Below are positions 25,864-36,650 of a stretch of DNA of 50,821 nt, in pieces. The DNA comes from a virus: the IMG/VR virus record IMGVR_UViG_3300014911_000395; one strand, written 5' to 3'. The notes under the pieces are model-generated. The model saw only the letters and a program-made list of their open reading frames with translations. It did no database searches and was not told where the DNA came from. Within the stretch, counting starts at the first letter, position 1, and the number at the start of each line of letters is the position of its first letter. A program made the position numbers and the translations under genes.

Positions 25864-26840
25864 CCCACCTCATGATTTTTAACCCATTTACTACCATCCC
25901 AGTAATAAACAATTAACTTTACATCTATACTCTGATTTGGCATTGTAAATGGCACGTCTGCTTCCCAAAGTCCATCCTTAGACATCGTTGTCGATTTTGA
26001 GCTTAGTTCTTTATTTCTGGTTATATCCCAAACCTGTAGTTTAACTTTACCTTCACCCCCATTCCAGTTACTTACCGTTGCTCTTGCATTTAGTGTTGAC
26101 CCCGCTGGAACTTCGAGAGTTTGATTTGCAGAGATTGATTTACCACCGTACTCGATATAAGCCCTTGTTATGGTTGGTTTTGGATACACCTTCTCCGCCT
26201 GAACAGCCATACTCATGCCAGAGCCGTTAGCAGATATACTCAAAGTTTTTACATTTGCATCTCTGAATGTGTAATACGTTGTAACCGTTTCACTCTGTCC
26301 AGCTCCAATGTACACTGATTTGATTCCGAACTTCCATCCGTTCAAGGAGAATTCATATTGACAATACCCGCCAGAGTCGCCAATATTTTTTATCGTAGCT
26401 TTGAATTGTACCTGCTCTCCAACTTTAAAGCTACTTGGCTCTGTCCACAAGTCAACCACCATAAATCTCGGTGGTGATACGACCTTTAGGTAAAACGCCA
26501 TATCCAACACCTCATCTATATACGGTACCCCATTCTCCTTATGACACGCATAAAATTTGATTTTGTGAGTCCCAACCCAATCAGGAGTAAACTCTACCAA
26601 AAATGGCGATTTGTGTCCAGAGAAAACAACCATGTCAAACCCGCCGAGCCAGTTCCCAGTAGTTTCATCTTTAATCCACAAAGATAATGTTCCAGATTCG
26701 CCGAGATTCTCAAGCCACGTTATCGCTCTAACCTTTTCCCCCTTTGGAACTTCGAGTGTTTGCCCTCCGTACGCTTTTCTGTCATCATATTCGAGATACG
26801 TATCCGATGATGGATTTACGAATGACGCTTTTGGTGGCAT
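25857..26840 (-). CDS. Three-domain Ig-like protein
   Basis: Domains shared with the three neighbouring genes; ends WDGSKWVKNHEVGC. Confidence 0.7.
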   Translation of the reverse strand: MPPKASFVNPSSDTYLEYDDRKAYGGQTLEVPKGEKVRAITWLENLGESGTLSLWIKDETTGNWLGGFDMVVFSGHKSPFLVEFTPDWVGTHKIKFYACHKENGVPYIDEVLDMAFYLKVVSPPRFMVVDLWTEPSSFKVGEQVQFKATIKNIGDSGGYCQYEFSLNGWKFGIKSVYIGAGQSETVTTYYTFRDANVKTLSISANGSGMSMAVQAEKVYPKPTITRAYIEYGGKSISANQTLEVPAGSTLNARATVSNWNGGEGKVKLQVWDITRNKELSSKSTTMSKDGLWEADVPFTMPNQSIDVKLIVYYWDGSKWVKNHEVGC

Positions 26841-26887
26841 ATATTACACCCCTATTATTTTTCAACGCAAATCATACTTAACGTTTT

Positions 26888-28216
26888 CTAACACCCTGAT
26901 TTGTCACTCACAACCCATTTGCTACCATCCCAGTAGCTAACTGTAATTATGACATCTATGTTCTTATCAGGCATTTTGAAGTCCACATTTGCCTCTATTA
27001 TCTGTCCTTTTAGTACTGATACCTGTTTGCTTGCTATAACTTGATTGGTACTTGCGTCTCTGACCTCTACTCTAACTTTATCATCATCACCATAATTACC
27101 TACCTTGGCATGTGCTGTTATTGTAGTTCCCCTATCAACCGTCGCAAACTCTCCAGAGAACACTTTAATAGAGCCGTACTGCAAATAAGTATCACTTTTG
27201 ATAAGATACGGATATGCCCTCTTGCTAATCTTAACGTAAATAGAGCCAGTTTTATCGTACTCCACCCATTTCGAGCCAGTCCATCCGTACGTGATAAATC
27301 GAATACTTGCAGATTCTTTCATCGTGAACACTTGCTGTACGATTTTCTTTGAGTCTTTAGCGATGTTTATCGTTGCCGATATGAGTTCCTTCTTATGAGT
27401 ATCATCATACACTACAAACTTCACGTTACCAGATTCTCCAGTGTTATGTATTCTCGCTACCGCTGTAAGTTTCTGGTCTGAGAATGCTCTCGCCTGCATC
27501 GTAGGCATGTATTTGACGTTATCAACGAGTAAATACGTGTAATCAGGGTCAAGTTTTGGCTGGGTTTTTGGCTTCTCCTCACATGCATACGTACAGTTGA
27601 AATCCCATGAAATAGGATAGCCTGCTTGACTTAAGCACTCAAGACAATTTATTCTCGCAAATCTGCCCTTTTCATTACATAGATATGCTTCACGCCAATC
27701 TGGAGCTACGAGATTAAACTCAAAATAACCCTGCGAATTTGTGACGCTATGATAGTAAGGTGTATCAGCAATAACCATGTGACAGTTAATCGTCTTTCCA
27801 ACGACAGGCTTACCTTCTTTATACAGTTTTCCAGTAATCTTAACCCTATCATTCGGGAAAATCGGAGTATATACATCTTCTTCAACCAAAGCTCCATTAA
27901 CGTACATTCTCAATCCAACCCAGTAGAAATCTCCGTATTCTCTGCTCTTCAGCAGTGAAAATGTGAAGTAATACCCTGCTAATGGAGGTATCTTTATGTT
28001 GACGAAGTATGTACCATATTCTCTGGCTGTAACGGTTTTCTCAAAGTAACCCTGAGAGTTCGTCGTTGTGGTGTATTTAGTTCCGTTAAAGTTTATTTCA
28101 ACCGTTTTATTTGCCACGTCTGTATCCTGTAAGTATCCTGCGATTTTGATACTGTAAGGTACTGAAACACCTATTAGAGTTCTATCGACGGGACTTACGA
28201 GCCTTATGGACGCCAT
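26888..28216 (-). CDS. Multi-domain Ig-like protein
   Basis: TTNSQGYF carboxypeptidase-regulatory-like repeats and two CARDB-like domains; ends WDGSKWVVSDKSGC. Confidence 0.7.
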   Translation of the reverse strand: MASIRLVSPVDRTLIGVSVPYSIKIAGYLQDTDVANKTVEINFNGTKYTTTTNSQGYFEKTVTAREYGTYFVNIKIPPLAGYYFTFSLLKSREYGDFYWVGLRMYVNGALVEEDVYTPIFPNDRVKITGKLYKEGKPVVGKTINCHMVIADTPYYHSVTNSQGYFEFNLVAPDWREAYLCNEKGRFARINCLECLSQAGYPISWDFNCTYACEEKPKTQPKLDPDYTYLLVDNVKYMPTMQARAFSDQKLTAVARIHNTGESGNVKFVVYDDTHKKELISATINIAKDSKKIVQQVFTMKESASIRFITYGWTGSKWVEYDKTGSIYVKISKRAYPYLIKSDTYLQYGSIKVFSGEFATVDRGTTITAHAKVGNYGDDDKVRVEVRDASTNQVIASKQVSVLKGQIIEANVDFKMPDKNIDVIITVSYWDGSKWVVSDKSGC

Positions 28217-29031
28217 CTCAGACACCCCTTACCTTTGTATAGTACAAATGCCATTATCATTATCAGTAGTAGGACGCCCTCAAGCGGAGCTACACTTACT
28301 CGTTCTTCCTCAACTTCAACTGGCTTGGTCTGAATGTAGAATGGTTTTGTTTTCTCATCGATAATTAGTTCTGAACCTTCTTTATGGCATGCGTAGAATC
28401 TAATCTCATGTTTTCCTTCCCAGCTCGGAACGAAAGTTACCACAAATCGTTTCCTCTCATGCTGGTTTAAGGATATTGTTTGTGCCTGTAGCCATCTACC
28501 TTCGGTCTCGTCTTTGACCCACATGCTTATGTCTCCATATCCACCAATGTTTTCAATCCAAGCCACCGCCTTAAGCGTAGCATTCTTCGGAACTTCCAGA
28601 ATTTGCTCTGGATAAACCACCGTATCCTTTGCATCTATGTAGCAGTTCAACGTATCACATCTGAATCTCGCCTCTGGAGGAGGATAGCCACATCTAAACG
28701 TACAGGTGAAGTTCTCTGAGGCAACCTCTGAGTTATCAACGTATGCTCTTACAACCATGTAGTTACCCGTTGCGTTGCATAGTCCGTAATCTTCCCAATC
28801 TGGAGCTTTTGAAGCTATTCTAAAGTATCCAAACTCATCCGTTCTTGTCTGTATAGGATTTTTATCTTTAACAGTATAGTTTCCAGTTATTATTGCCCCC
28901 GCAACTGGAAAACCATCGTAATACAGGTAGCCCTCTATGACAACTTCGTCTCCTGAGTAGATGTCAGGATAGTTATTTGTTACAGCCTGCTCCTGAACGT
29001 AGTATTTCAAATCGAGAAAGTAATACGTCAA
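28204..29031 (-). CDS. Ig-like protein with C-terminal membrane anchor
   Basis: TTG start after GGGGTGG; APDW...LCN domain shared with 26888..28216; C-terminal LLLIMIMAFVLYK. Confidence 0.65.
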   Translation of the reverse strand: MTYYFLDLKYYVQEQAVTNNYPDIYSGDEVVIEGYLYYDGFPVAGAIITGNYTVKDKNPIQTRTDEFGYFRIASKAPDWEDYGLCNATGNYMVVRAYVDNSEVASENFTCTFRCGYPPPEARFRCDTLNCYIDAKDTVVYPEQILEVPKNATLKAVAWIENIGGYGDISMWVKDETEGRWLQAQTISLNQHERKRFVVTFVPSWEGKHEIRFYACHKEGSELIIDEKTKPFYIQTKPVEVEEERVSVAPLEGVLLLIMIMAFVLYKGKGCLRWRP

Positions 29032-29074
29032 GCTACCACCCCTACCGATACAATTATTGACGCCATTATGTCTG

Positions 29075-29242
29075 TCATGACGACTTTTCGAGTTTTCTAC
29101 CAGTGGCAAACCCTGCTATCGCAGATACAATGGCTGTTACGATGTTTACAGCGTCGCTATCAAGTTTTAACAGGCTGATTACTGCAATTATTGTCAATGC
29201 AATTATCGCCAAATCTTTATCATCGAAATTTATTTTATCCAT
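29075..29242 (-). CDS. Small two-TM protein (not in ORF track)
   Basis: MDKINFDDKDLAIIALTIIAVISLLKLDSDAVNIVTAIVSAIAGFATGRK..; GGAGGTGG RBS. Confidence 0.6.
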   Translation of the reverse strand: MDKINFDDKDLAIIALTIIAVISLLKLDSDAVNIVTAIVSAIAGFATGRKLEKSS

Positions 29243-29260
29243 GTTACCACCTCCAAGGAA

Positions 29261-30396
29261 TCACTCCTCCCACCAGACGAAAGATGCGCTTATATCCTCT
29301 GACGACTGGCTTTTATTCGTTATCTTAAGGTGTAACAGGTGTCCTTCGAGTATCTTAAATGTAGCACATGCAACGTTTCCACCAGTAGCAAAATTACCAC
29401 TCCCTCCAGCTATGACTCTTTGTGTTATTAAATCTCCAGCAGCGTACGTTCCTCCATATTCTACATGCATTGCTGATGTCTGTGTAGAACCAATCACTCT
29501 ATTTGTTGGCGTAATCTCTGTTCCAGCAGAAGTGATTGTAGAGTCCTTGTAAGCATCGAGATGACACTGTCCAGTGACATCCGTTATAATCCAAATTCCC
29601 CATATCGTGTTATAATCCAAATTCCCCATATCGTCTTTCCACTTCCAGATGGGTTTTGCAGTATGATTTCAATAGACTCATCACTTGATACTCCTTCGAA
29701 TCTATGTGCGGCTTCGTAAACTTTCTCCTCATCAAGTTTTGACTGAATTAACGTTGTGTTTAAGATTTCGAGTAGATTTCCGTGAAACGTTAGCTTATCC
29801 GTTTGAGCCTTGATTGCCGCAAGTGTAGCTTCAGTAGCACGTGTCGATAAGTTTACGTCAAGTTTTCCAAGTATGTCACTCAAGTCCGAGTCTAAATCAG
29901 ATAGAGTTTTATCATTTGTGCCTCTTAAGTTATCTACTATCTCAGATAGTGTTAAATCCATGTTTGGTGGATTGTCTGGCTTTGTCAAGAATTTATCGTT
30001 TCCAATACTATTTAACGCATTTGATAAGGCATACAGCCTGCCTAACATCGTAGCAAGCCTGTAAGTGCCTATTATTACGTATTTGGACGATGTATCTGGA
30101 ATCGTGTCCCAATCTGGGTATATCTGTAATGTTGTAGGGGTATTGCCCATTATATATCTGATTTGTCCTGCCCCAGTACCCTCGACAATCATAACCAAGC
30201 AGTCTGCAAATTGTGGAGGTAATGTTATTCCTCCAATCGTTATCGATGTCCACCAGTTTTTCGTATTGTCTTCAAGTGTACTGCTTGTTGCATTCGTAAC
30301 TGTACCAGAATCGAGGTACGACAGGTGAGCAAGTCCTTTCTCTTCAAGTGACTCTAATATGCCGTTCTTTATCTCCTCATAGTTTATTCCCGACAT
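29261..30396 (-). pseudogene. Virion fibre/adhesin-like gene split by a 26-bp tandem duplication
   Basis: ORFs 29584..30396 and 29261..29629 join in frame (KTIWGIWIITDVTGQ) when one copy of GTTATAATCCAAATTCCCCATATCGT (29583-29608 / 29609-29634) is removed, giving 369 aa. Confidence 0.85.
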
Positions 30397-30411
30397 GAAC
30401 TACCACCCCGC

Positions 30412-30846
30412 TTATAACCACTCCCTATACAGTATTTCGAATGGTGTGTTATCTACATCCGCTTTGACATGTATCGTTTTAAATCCAACTTCCCTTGGAA
30501 TTCTATCTATTAACACTTGACCATTTGGATATACTGTAAAAAACGTGTTTCCACCATCGAAGCTTATGTACACTTTCTCAGTCGACGGATTTTGAAATAG
30601 AAACCATCCTACAGGATTCGTAGCAAATTCATGTGGTGCTGACGCTTGATTAGCCACATCATTGTAGTGGTCTGGAAGTGCAAGCTCAATGATTTCTCTA
30701 TTCTGTACTTCTCCTGTCCAAGGCGTCCATTCTGGTTGCACGTAGTAGTACATCCTTATTTCTCCAGTTCTAATCGCTGCCACGTCTTCGTTCATATTTA
30801 CAATCAATCTTTGCGGACTGCCTTTATTTCCCATACTACCACCCAT
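30412..30846 (-). CDS. Beta-rich small structural protein (possible jelly roll)
   Basis: Alternating beta-strand pattern (GWFLFQN...VYISFDG...TIHVKA...FEILY); in structural operon. Confidence 0.55.
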   Translation of the reverse strand: MGGSMGNKGSPQRLIVNMNEDVAAIRTGEIRMYYYVQPEWTPWTGEVQNREIIELALPDHYNDVANQASAPHEFATNPVGWFLFQNPSTEKVYISFDGGNTFFTVYPNGQVLIDRIPREVGFKTIHVKADVDNTPFEILYREWL

Positions 30847-30878
30847 TTAAATTAATCCAACCTAATAAATAACTCTTT

Positions 30879-33800
30879 CTACGTGGTGAATCTATACAGG
30901 TCGCTCCAACCATACAGCGACGTACATGTAGATAACGTGCTTGCGGCGACCGTTAATGATAGGTCTGAGTATGTAAATCCAGTTCCATACGTTAATACTG
31001 ACGACGATACGAGGCTCTGGCTGAAGTCTCTCAATTCATACCCTGATGGGTCGCTCGCTATCGTTCCACTCTGCAGGTCTTTATCGAGTAACATAATGCT
31101 GAAAACTTCTTTACCACCAACCAGCACGAGATAATCGCCATAGAAGTCTAAACCACACCATCCATCTATTTTATTGTTCGGGTCATACAGGTACTTTCCA
31201 GCTACAAATGATAAGTCCGATTTATCGAACTTTGAAATCCCTCCACTATAACCACCATAACCATGAGTAACGTACACATAATTATCATCAACTTTTAACA
31301 CGTGAGCAGTTCCCCAGCTTGATGGCATAGAATATATTTTAGCAGTGTTTAAGGATAAATCAGACTTGTTTAACTTTGCTACAAGCATATAATCGCTTGA
31401 ACCAGTCCATGCATGTCCAGAGACATACACGTAATTAGCATCGACATCAATACCGAGAAGTTCCGCTGGATAGTCCGTACCACCTATTACAGGTCTTATC
31501 TGTATCATCGCAACTCTCGACAAGTCTGATTTACTTATTTTCATCACTGCACCACGATAATCCCAGCTATTGTAGCATGCAACGTATATGTAGTCTGTAT
31601 CCTGTGCTATTCTGGATATTCTACCGAGAGGTCTTATTCCTTCACATTTCTTTTGTGCTACCACATTCAGGTTTTTATCGAATTTCAAAATCGTCAAGTC
31701 CCTACTGTACGTTGAACCATCAATGCTGTATCCAACAACATACACATAATTATCATCACAAACAACGCCAGTGAACATGTCAGTATTCGTTCCTCCAGCT
31801 CTGATTCTCGCCACAACACTACCATCCTGCTTGCTAACTTTATACAGTATTGCCTCTTCGTATCCAAGCCCTTCAGCCGACGTCTGACCAACTATGTATA
31901 GGTAGTCATTATCTCCTGCAACATCGTGAAATCTCGTATTTGTGCCACCATAACATGCGTTAAAAACCCTGCTAAGGTCTGATAAATCGAATTTCGCAAA
32001 CTCTCCAACGTTCGTTGCGAGAGATGGATGTACAACCCTTCCACATGCATACATGTAATCTCCATCAACATGGACAGCATGATAATAGCCCTCGCTAACT
32101 GTACCCTGATTAGCCACACGTAGCTTACCGACAGGTGTTATTACTGTAACCTGCACGGTTTGCTCACTCAGAGATATGGAATCTTCGAGTGGTATTTTTC
32201 CGATATAGTTTATGACTACATTCTCTTCACCAAGGTTAACACTATCTTCGATAGGTATCTGCGGTAATATCTTTAAATATGGAATTTTTAGCCTTTTATG
32301 CTTACCGAGAGAGAATTTACGTGTTTTCCCAGTGTACGCCCTTGATACTGACTTTTCAAGGTAAAAGTCGAGCTGGTAGTCTGAGGAAATTATTGCCCTA
32401 CCCCTTGCCCGTTTGTATCCTTCTTTGACACACTTAACGTTAAATTCGCCTTTGGTTTTAACCCATACCGAGTAATATCCGTCCGAATCTGTTACCACAC
32501 GCAAATCTGTACCCTCAACCTCAATTACAGCGTTTGCTACTGGTCTTCCTGTACCCAACTCCCATACATGCCCGTATATCCTTCCGTATCCTTGTAGCAA
32601 TGCTGGAAACTCGTACGTAGCGTCGTAATCAAAGTATATGCCTAAACTCCAGAAGCTCTCGTTTCTGAGTATATCAAGGGCTTCTTTAAACACAATATTT
32701 TTGCCACCAGTTTGTATCCATCCAGAGATTGTTCCTTTTCCTTCGCCGTGTATCACTATTAGTATTTTCTTGTGAGAGGGTATGTAATTCAGTGTATAAA
32801 TCCCATTAGAATCTGTTACTGCCTTATCTATCGGATATGGATAATCCTCCACATAAGCGTAAACGAAAGCGTACGGAATAGGGTTTCCATAAATGTCTAT
32901 TGCCCTACCAATAACTTGAATGTACGGCTTAAATTCGAGTGGAGATTCTGACCCGTCCTGTGAGCCTTCACGAATATAAATGTAATCTACAAAATTTAGA
33001 AATACTGGTGCTTCATCAAGGTTGATTACATCAACAAGTACTATCTGATTTGGTTTTCTCTCAACAATAAAGTCTGGTGGATGAATTACTCCACCTGCAC
33101 CTATACCTGCACCAGTACCACCTCCACCTCCCCAACTTCCTCCTCCTCCACTTCCACCCCATCCACCTCCACTTCCACCACGACCACTTGCAGCATAAGA
33201 CCCATATCCACTTGTACCTGAACTTGCTGAGCCGTATCCACCACTGCTTCCACCTCCACCTCCGCCTCCCCCTCTCAGAACTGGTAATTTATTTATGTCT
33301 ATGTCAATATAAAACGGATAATATGGATTAGACACGATTTCAAATAATACGCCATCAAAATCGAGTTTTCTTATATTTCCTTTAAACTTAATCTGATTGT
33401 TACCAACGGTCGTTAAAAGCTCGCCAGAATCGAAGAAACACCTTACACCGAGTACTGGAGCGGATAAAATGTTAACCTGAACGTCTTCTCCTCTGACAGT
33501 GATAGTACCATCGTACGGAGCTTTATCTTCAATGTAAGCAGAATTGTACAGGTCTCCGAAGGCGAATAAAACTTTTGTATGCCTCATACCGTCTTCTTCG
33601 TCTATTCTGTCATCAAACACGTACAGCTTGAACATGTTGCCATACTGGTCGTAAACCCTGTCCGTACAGAATATTTCGGGGAGTAAATACATGTAACAGT
33701 CGAAATACTGGTCAGGAGTTGCAGGATTGAGCGTTACATAGGCAAATCCAATCGTGTGGAATGGTTTGAAAATTACAATTACGTAATCTCCGTACGGTAA

Positions 33801-34247
33801 ATTCTCGATTTTGAAATATCCATTTTCATCTGTTGTGGTAAAGTACTCTGGCAAGTGTATTTTTTCGGGCATTTTGATTACATGAACAGCCGCATTTGGG
33901 ATTGAATATAAACCAGTATTGTACACGAACCCCTCTACACTCCCTCCAAGTGTTGGGATGATTTTCACCGATACGAAATCAAACAGATAGATTCTGTTCG
34001 CAAGCTCTGTGAATAGAATATGTGGCGGGAAGTTTACTGCTGGGTCGTTTAGTTGGATTGTTTCTTCTTGGATTAGTCGGTATTTTACATTTGAGAAAAA
34101 TGAAAAATCAATTATGTCTGCAATAAATTCTCCCGCTGTCTGGTAGACTCCATAATGTACGTCGACTAAATCTGGTGTTTGATATGGTTCTGCTGTCTGA
34201 TAGACTCCATAATGTACGTCGACTAAATCTATACAATATTCCGTCAT
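30879..34247 (-). CDS. Large adhesin/spike-like protein: carboxypeptidase-regulatory-like domains, Gly/Ser linker, beta-propeller
   Basis: Three TTD.NGYF/Y-type domains; ~60-aa G/S linker; ~7 repeats of V..D..Y.Y..G...L.KF.KSDLS; 19-aa N-terminal duplication. Confidence 0.75.
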   Translation of the reverse strand: MTEYCIDLVDVHYGVYQTAEPYQTPDLVDVHYGVYQTAGEFIADIIDFSFFSNVKYRLIQEETIQLNDPAVNFPPHILFTELANRIYLFDFVSVKIIPTLGGSVEGFVYNTGLYSIPNAAVHVIKMPEKIHLPEYFTTTDENGYFKIENLPYGDYVIVIFKPFHTIGFAYVTLNPATPDQYFDCYMYLLPEIFCTDRVYDQYGNMFKLYVFDDRIDEEDGMRHTKVLFAFGDLYNSAYIEDKAPYDGTITVRGEDVQVNILSAPVLGVRCFFDSGELLTTVGNNQIKFKGNIRKLDFDGVLFEIVSNPYYPFYIDIDINKLPVLRGGGGGGGGSSGGYGSASSGTSGYGSYAASGRGGSGGGWGGSGGGGSWGGGGGTGAGIGAGGVIHPPDFIVERKPNQIVLVDVINLDEAPVFLNFVDYIYIREGSQDGSESPLEFKPYIQVIGRAIDIYGNPIPYAFVYAYVEDYPYPIDKAVTDSNGIYTLNYIPSHKKILIVIHGEGKGTISGWIQTGGKNIVFKEALDILRNESFWSLGIYFDYDATYEFPALLQGYGRIYGHVWELGTGRPVANAVIEVEGTDLRVVTDSDGYYSVWVKTKGEFNVKCVKEGYKRARGRAIISSDYQLDFYLEKSVSRAYTGKTRKFSLGKHKRLKIPYLKILPQIPIEDSVNLGEENVVINYIGKIPLEDSISLSEQTVQVTVITPVGKLRVANQGTVSEGYYHAVHVDGDYMYACGRVVHPSLATNVGEFAKFDLSDLSRVFNACYGGTNTRFHDVAGDNDYLYIVGQTSAEGLGYEEAILYKVSKQDGSVVARIRAGGTNTDMFTGVVCDDNYVYVVGYSIDGSTYSRDLTILKFDKNLNVVAQKKCEGIRPLGRISRIAQDTDYIYVACYNSWDYRGAVMKISKSDLSRVAMIQIRPVIGGTDYPAELLGIDVDANYVYVSGHAWTGSSDYMLVAKLNKSDLSLNTAKIYSMPSSWGTAHVLKVDDNYVYVTHGYGGYSGGISKFDKSDLSFVAGKYLYDPNNKIDGWCGLDFYGDYLVLVGGKEVFSIMLLDKDLQSGTIASDPSGYELRDFSQSLVSSSVLTYGTGFTYSDLSLTVAASTLSTCTSLYGWSDLYRFTT

Positions 34248-36643
34248 AATAACGAGGATTGATACTTAAATCGTATTTTACCATCCACCTCATACTTGCC
34301 TATAAATTGCTGTAATCCTTTTGTTTTGAACACTATTTTAGCGTCACCAGAATATGAGACCGAGCCAGCTACACTTTCCGTATTCGTTGTTAGGCAGTCT
34401 ATGGACGTTATATCTTCTGTAACTTCTTGTGGAGTAATGATTTGTGGTACTCCGAAGTTGGCGGGGTCGGCGAGCTTGAGAACTCTTATCCAATCGAAAA
34501 CAAACTCTGTAGCCGTGTGATTATGAATGAACAGCCCACAGTGCTTACCCGTAGGTTCGGCTGAGAAAGTTTGCTGATTAACTTGAGTTCCATCAACATA
34601 TGCCGTTGCTTGTTTATTGCTTGATGTGTATATGATTTTGTAGATATGATAATCGTTATCCATAGAGATGCCTGACGAAACGATAAGTTTATCACTCCCT
34701 TCGTCACCGGGCATGCTGGTATGTCGTTCAAACTCACATCTATCCTCACTTTTTCTGTAATAAAAAGCCAAATCCTCGCTACCACTCGTTAGGTAATCGC
34801 TTTTCCACACAACTCCTGCGTCGTCAGATCCACTCGGAGATGTCGGAAATCTCCCTCTATACTCAATTATCCAGTCTGTTATATCAATTTCTTTTGAATT
34901 GACGATTTTAACAAAACTTGATGATGAAGTAATAGTAACCGTCCCGTCACCGTTGCACTGAGCATTAATGTCTCCGCAATCCTGCCACCCGTTCACACCA
35001 TCTAAATCGCCAGCTGGGTAGTTAAAGTCGTCAAAGAACTCGAAAACCTGTTCTCCGTTCTCGTAACCACTCTTCGTCGCACTCGGATTCCCGTAAGCAA
35101 TGTTCAGCTCTGTTATAGTTGGAGTTAGTTTGAACCATATCGTTGCACTCTTATTTGCGTAGTCAAACTCCTCAACCCAGAAATACATTTGATTGCCATT
35201 CTGGTCGAATAGACGTATATCTCGTCCATCTATCCATACATTCTGCCAGAAGTCGTCTGCCACCGCTGCCTGTGCTTTTGCAGTTGTACCTTCGCTATTG
35301 TAAATCGTTAAATTAGTATCATCTATCACAATCTTGTACTGGCAGTCTTCCGTTGGTTGTGTTGTTACTGGAATTTTAATGTACCTGCTCCAGCTTCCAC
35401 CGCCTGAGTTGTCGAGGTTGGTCAGTCCAGTAATCGATACTCTGAAAATCAAATCCGCTTGCTCGAAAACGTCCGACGGTAGCTGGTCGATTGCTGAGTC
35501 GTTGAACTTCTTTTGTACGTTGACTATCTGGGCTTTAATTTGGGGTGTGGTTGTTTGTATTTTGATTTTTGATGGTGATACTTTATATACTGCAAAATTA
35601 TCTATACAAATCTGCTTTGACGTCTCCGTAGAACCTGATGAGCCATTACTCCCGATACCGATGAATAACTGGCTAAAAGTAATTGAACCAGACTTAAAGT
35701 ATGTGTCATTAATATATATCGTATAATTTAAACTATTAATACCAGTTATATCCACTATAATCACTACTTTAGTGTAATCACTATAATTACCTCTTGATAT
35801 TTCGCTTTCACCTATCCTAAACCAACGAGAATCTACAGACGTACCACTACCATAGGATTCAGAAGTATAGAAATCAATTATAATTCTATCGCCTGTAAAG
35901 TACTCAATCTCTCGTTTAATTTCTACCGTATATTCCCCATCACCAAATACATAACTATGTATCCGCTTCCTTGAATTAAATCCCTCATCTACAATAGATA
36001 TATTATTACCATCCCACCCACTTAAATCCTCATCCTCAAAATCAGTTGCATAAACAAGCTCATAAATATTATCAAGTTCAACTTCACTTTCATACTCCTC
36101 ACCAACCATCAACCTGAAATTAGCTTGCAAACTTGATACTTCAGTAGGATAACTTATAAAATACAAGTTCTGCAAAATCCCGTCCGCACCAGACGGATTT
36201 AAACTATCATCAATATCTACCTGAATTGTACCATAATCCCGATAACCGTAATCAAAAACCTTAATCTTCAAACCCAAACCAGCTATTTTATTTACCCAAC
36301 CATTGGTAACCGCCACATTAATTTTGTACGTGCCTTCACCATCGTAAGGGTAGAAGAAAATCCAGTTATCCGACTCATCTATCGTTTTTTGAGCGTAAAC
36401 GTAGCCATCCGAATTACCAACAATTTTTACGGTAGCTGTGAACGTTTGGGCGTCACTGCTAATCTTAATACCGTACATCATGAAGCACTTTGGAATCCGC
36501 CTTAGATTTGATATAAAACCTATTGTCGCTTCAGAAGAGTTAGAATAATTGTCAAAGCTAATTTCAAGTGTTTCGTGTTCTTTCTTAAGCTCTATGAAAT
36601 CCTCTGGAAATGGCTGTACCCATCCGAGTTCGAAGTCAGCCAT
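34244..36643 (-). CDS. DUF2341 / lectin-like beta-sandwich virion protein
   Basis: GRDIRLFDQNG...YFWVE...ATIWFK...IAYGNP...VFEFFDDF followed by a ConA-like region. Confidence 0.8.
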   Translation of the reverse strand: MADFELGWVQPFPEDFIELKKEHETLEISFDNYSNSSEATIGFISNLRRIPKCFMMYGIKISSDAQTFTATVKIVGNSDGYVYAQKTIDESDNWIFFYPYDGEGTYKINVAVTNGWVNKIAGLGLKIKVFDYGYRDYGTIQVDIDDSLNPSGADGILQNLYFISYPTEVSSLQANFRLMVGEEYESEVELDNIYELVYATDFEDEDLSGWDGNNISIVDEGFNSRKRIHSYVFGDGEYTVEIKREIEYFTGDRIIIDFYTSESYGSGTSVDSRWFRIGESEISRGNYSDYTKVVIIVDITGINSLNYTIYINDTYFKSGSITFSQLFIGIGSNGSSGSTETSKQICIDNFAVYKVSPSKIKIQTTTPQIKAQIVNVQKKFNDSAIDQLPSDVFEQADLIFRVSITGLTNLDNSGGGSWSRYIKIPVTTQPTEDCQYKIVIDDTNLTIYNSEGTTAKAQAAVADDFWQNVWIDGRDIRLFDQNGNQMYFWVEEFDYANKSATIWFKLTPTITELNIAYGNPSATKSGYENGEQVFEFFDDFNYPAGDLDGVNGWQDCGDINAQCNGDGTVTITSSSSFVKIVNSKEIDITDWIIEYRGRFPTSPSGSDDAGVVWKSDYLTSGSEDLAFYYRKSEDRCEFERHTSMPGDEGSDKLIVSSGISMDNDYHIYKIIYTSSNKQATAYVDGTQVNQQTFSAEPTGKHCGLFIHNHTATEFVFDWIRVLKLADPANFGVPQIITPQEVTEDITSIDCLTTNTESVAGSVSYSGDAKIVFKTKGLQQFIGKYEVDGKIRFKYQSSLL

Positions 36644-36650
36644 AGTACCA

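Noticed and set aside
25857-26896. Stop-codon readthrough at the shared GGGTGTTAG ends of two Ig-like genes
   Set aside because: Downstream genes are not in frame with the TAG; the sequence partly doubles as an RBS.
24910-36643. Diversity-generating retroelement acting on spike genes
   Set aside because: No reverse transcriptase and no adenine-specific template/variable repeat pair seen.
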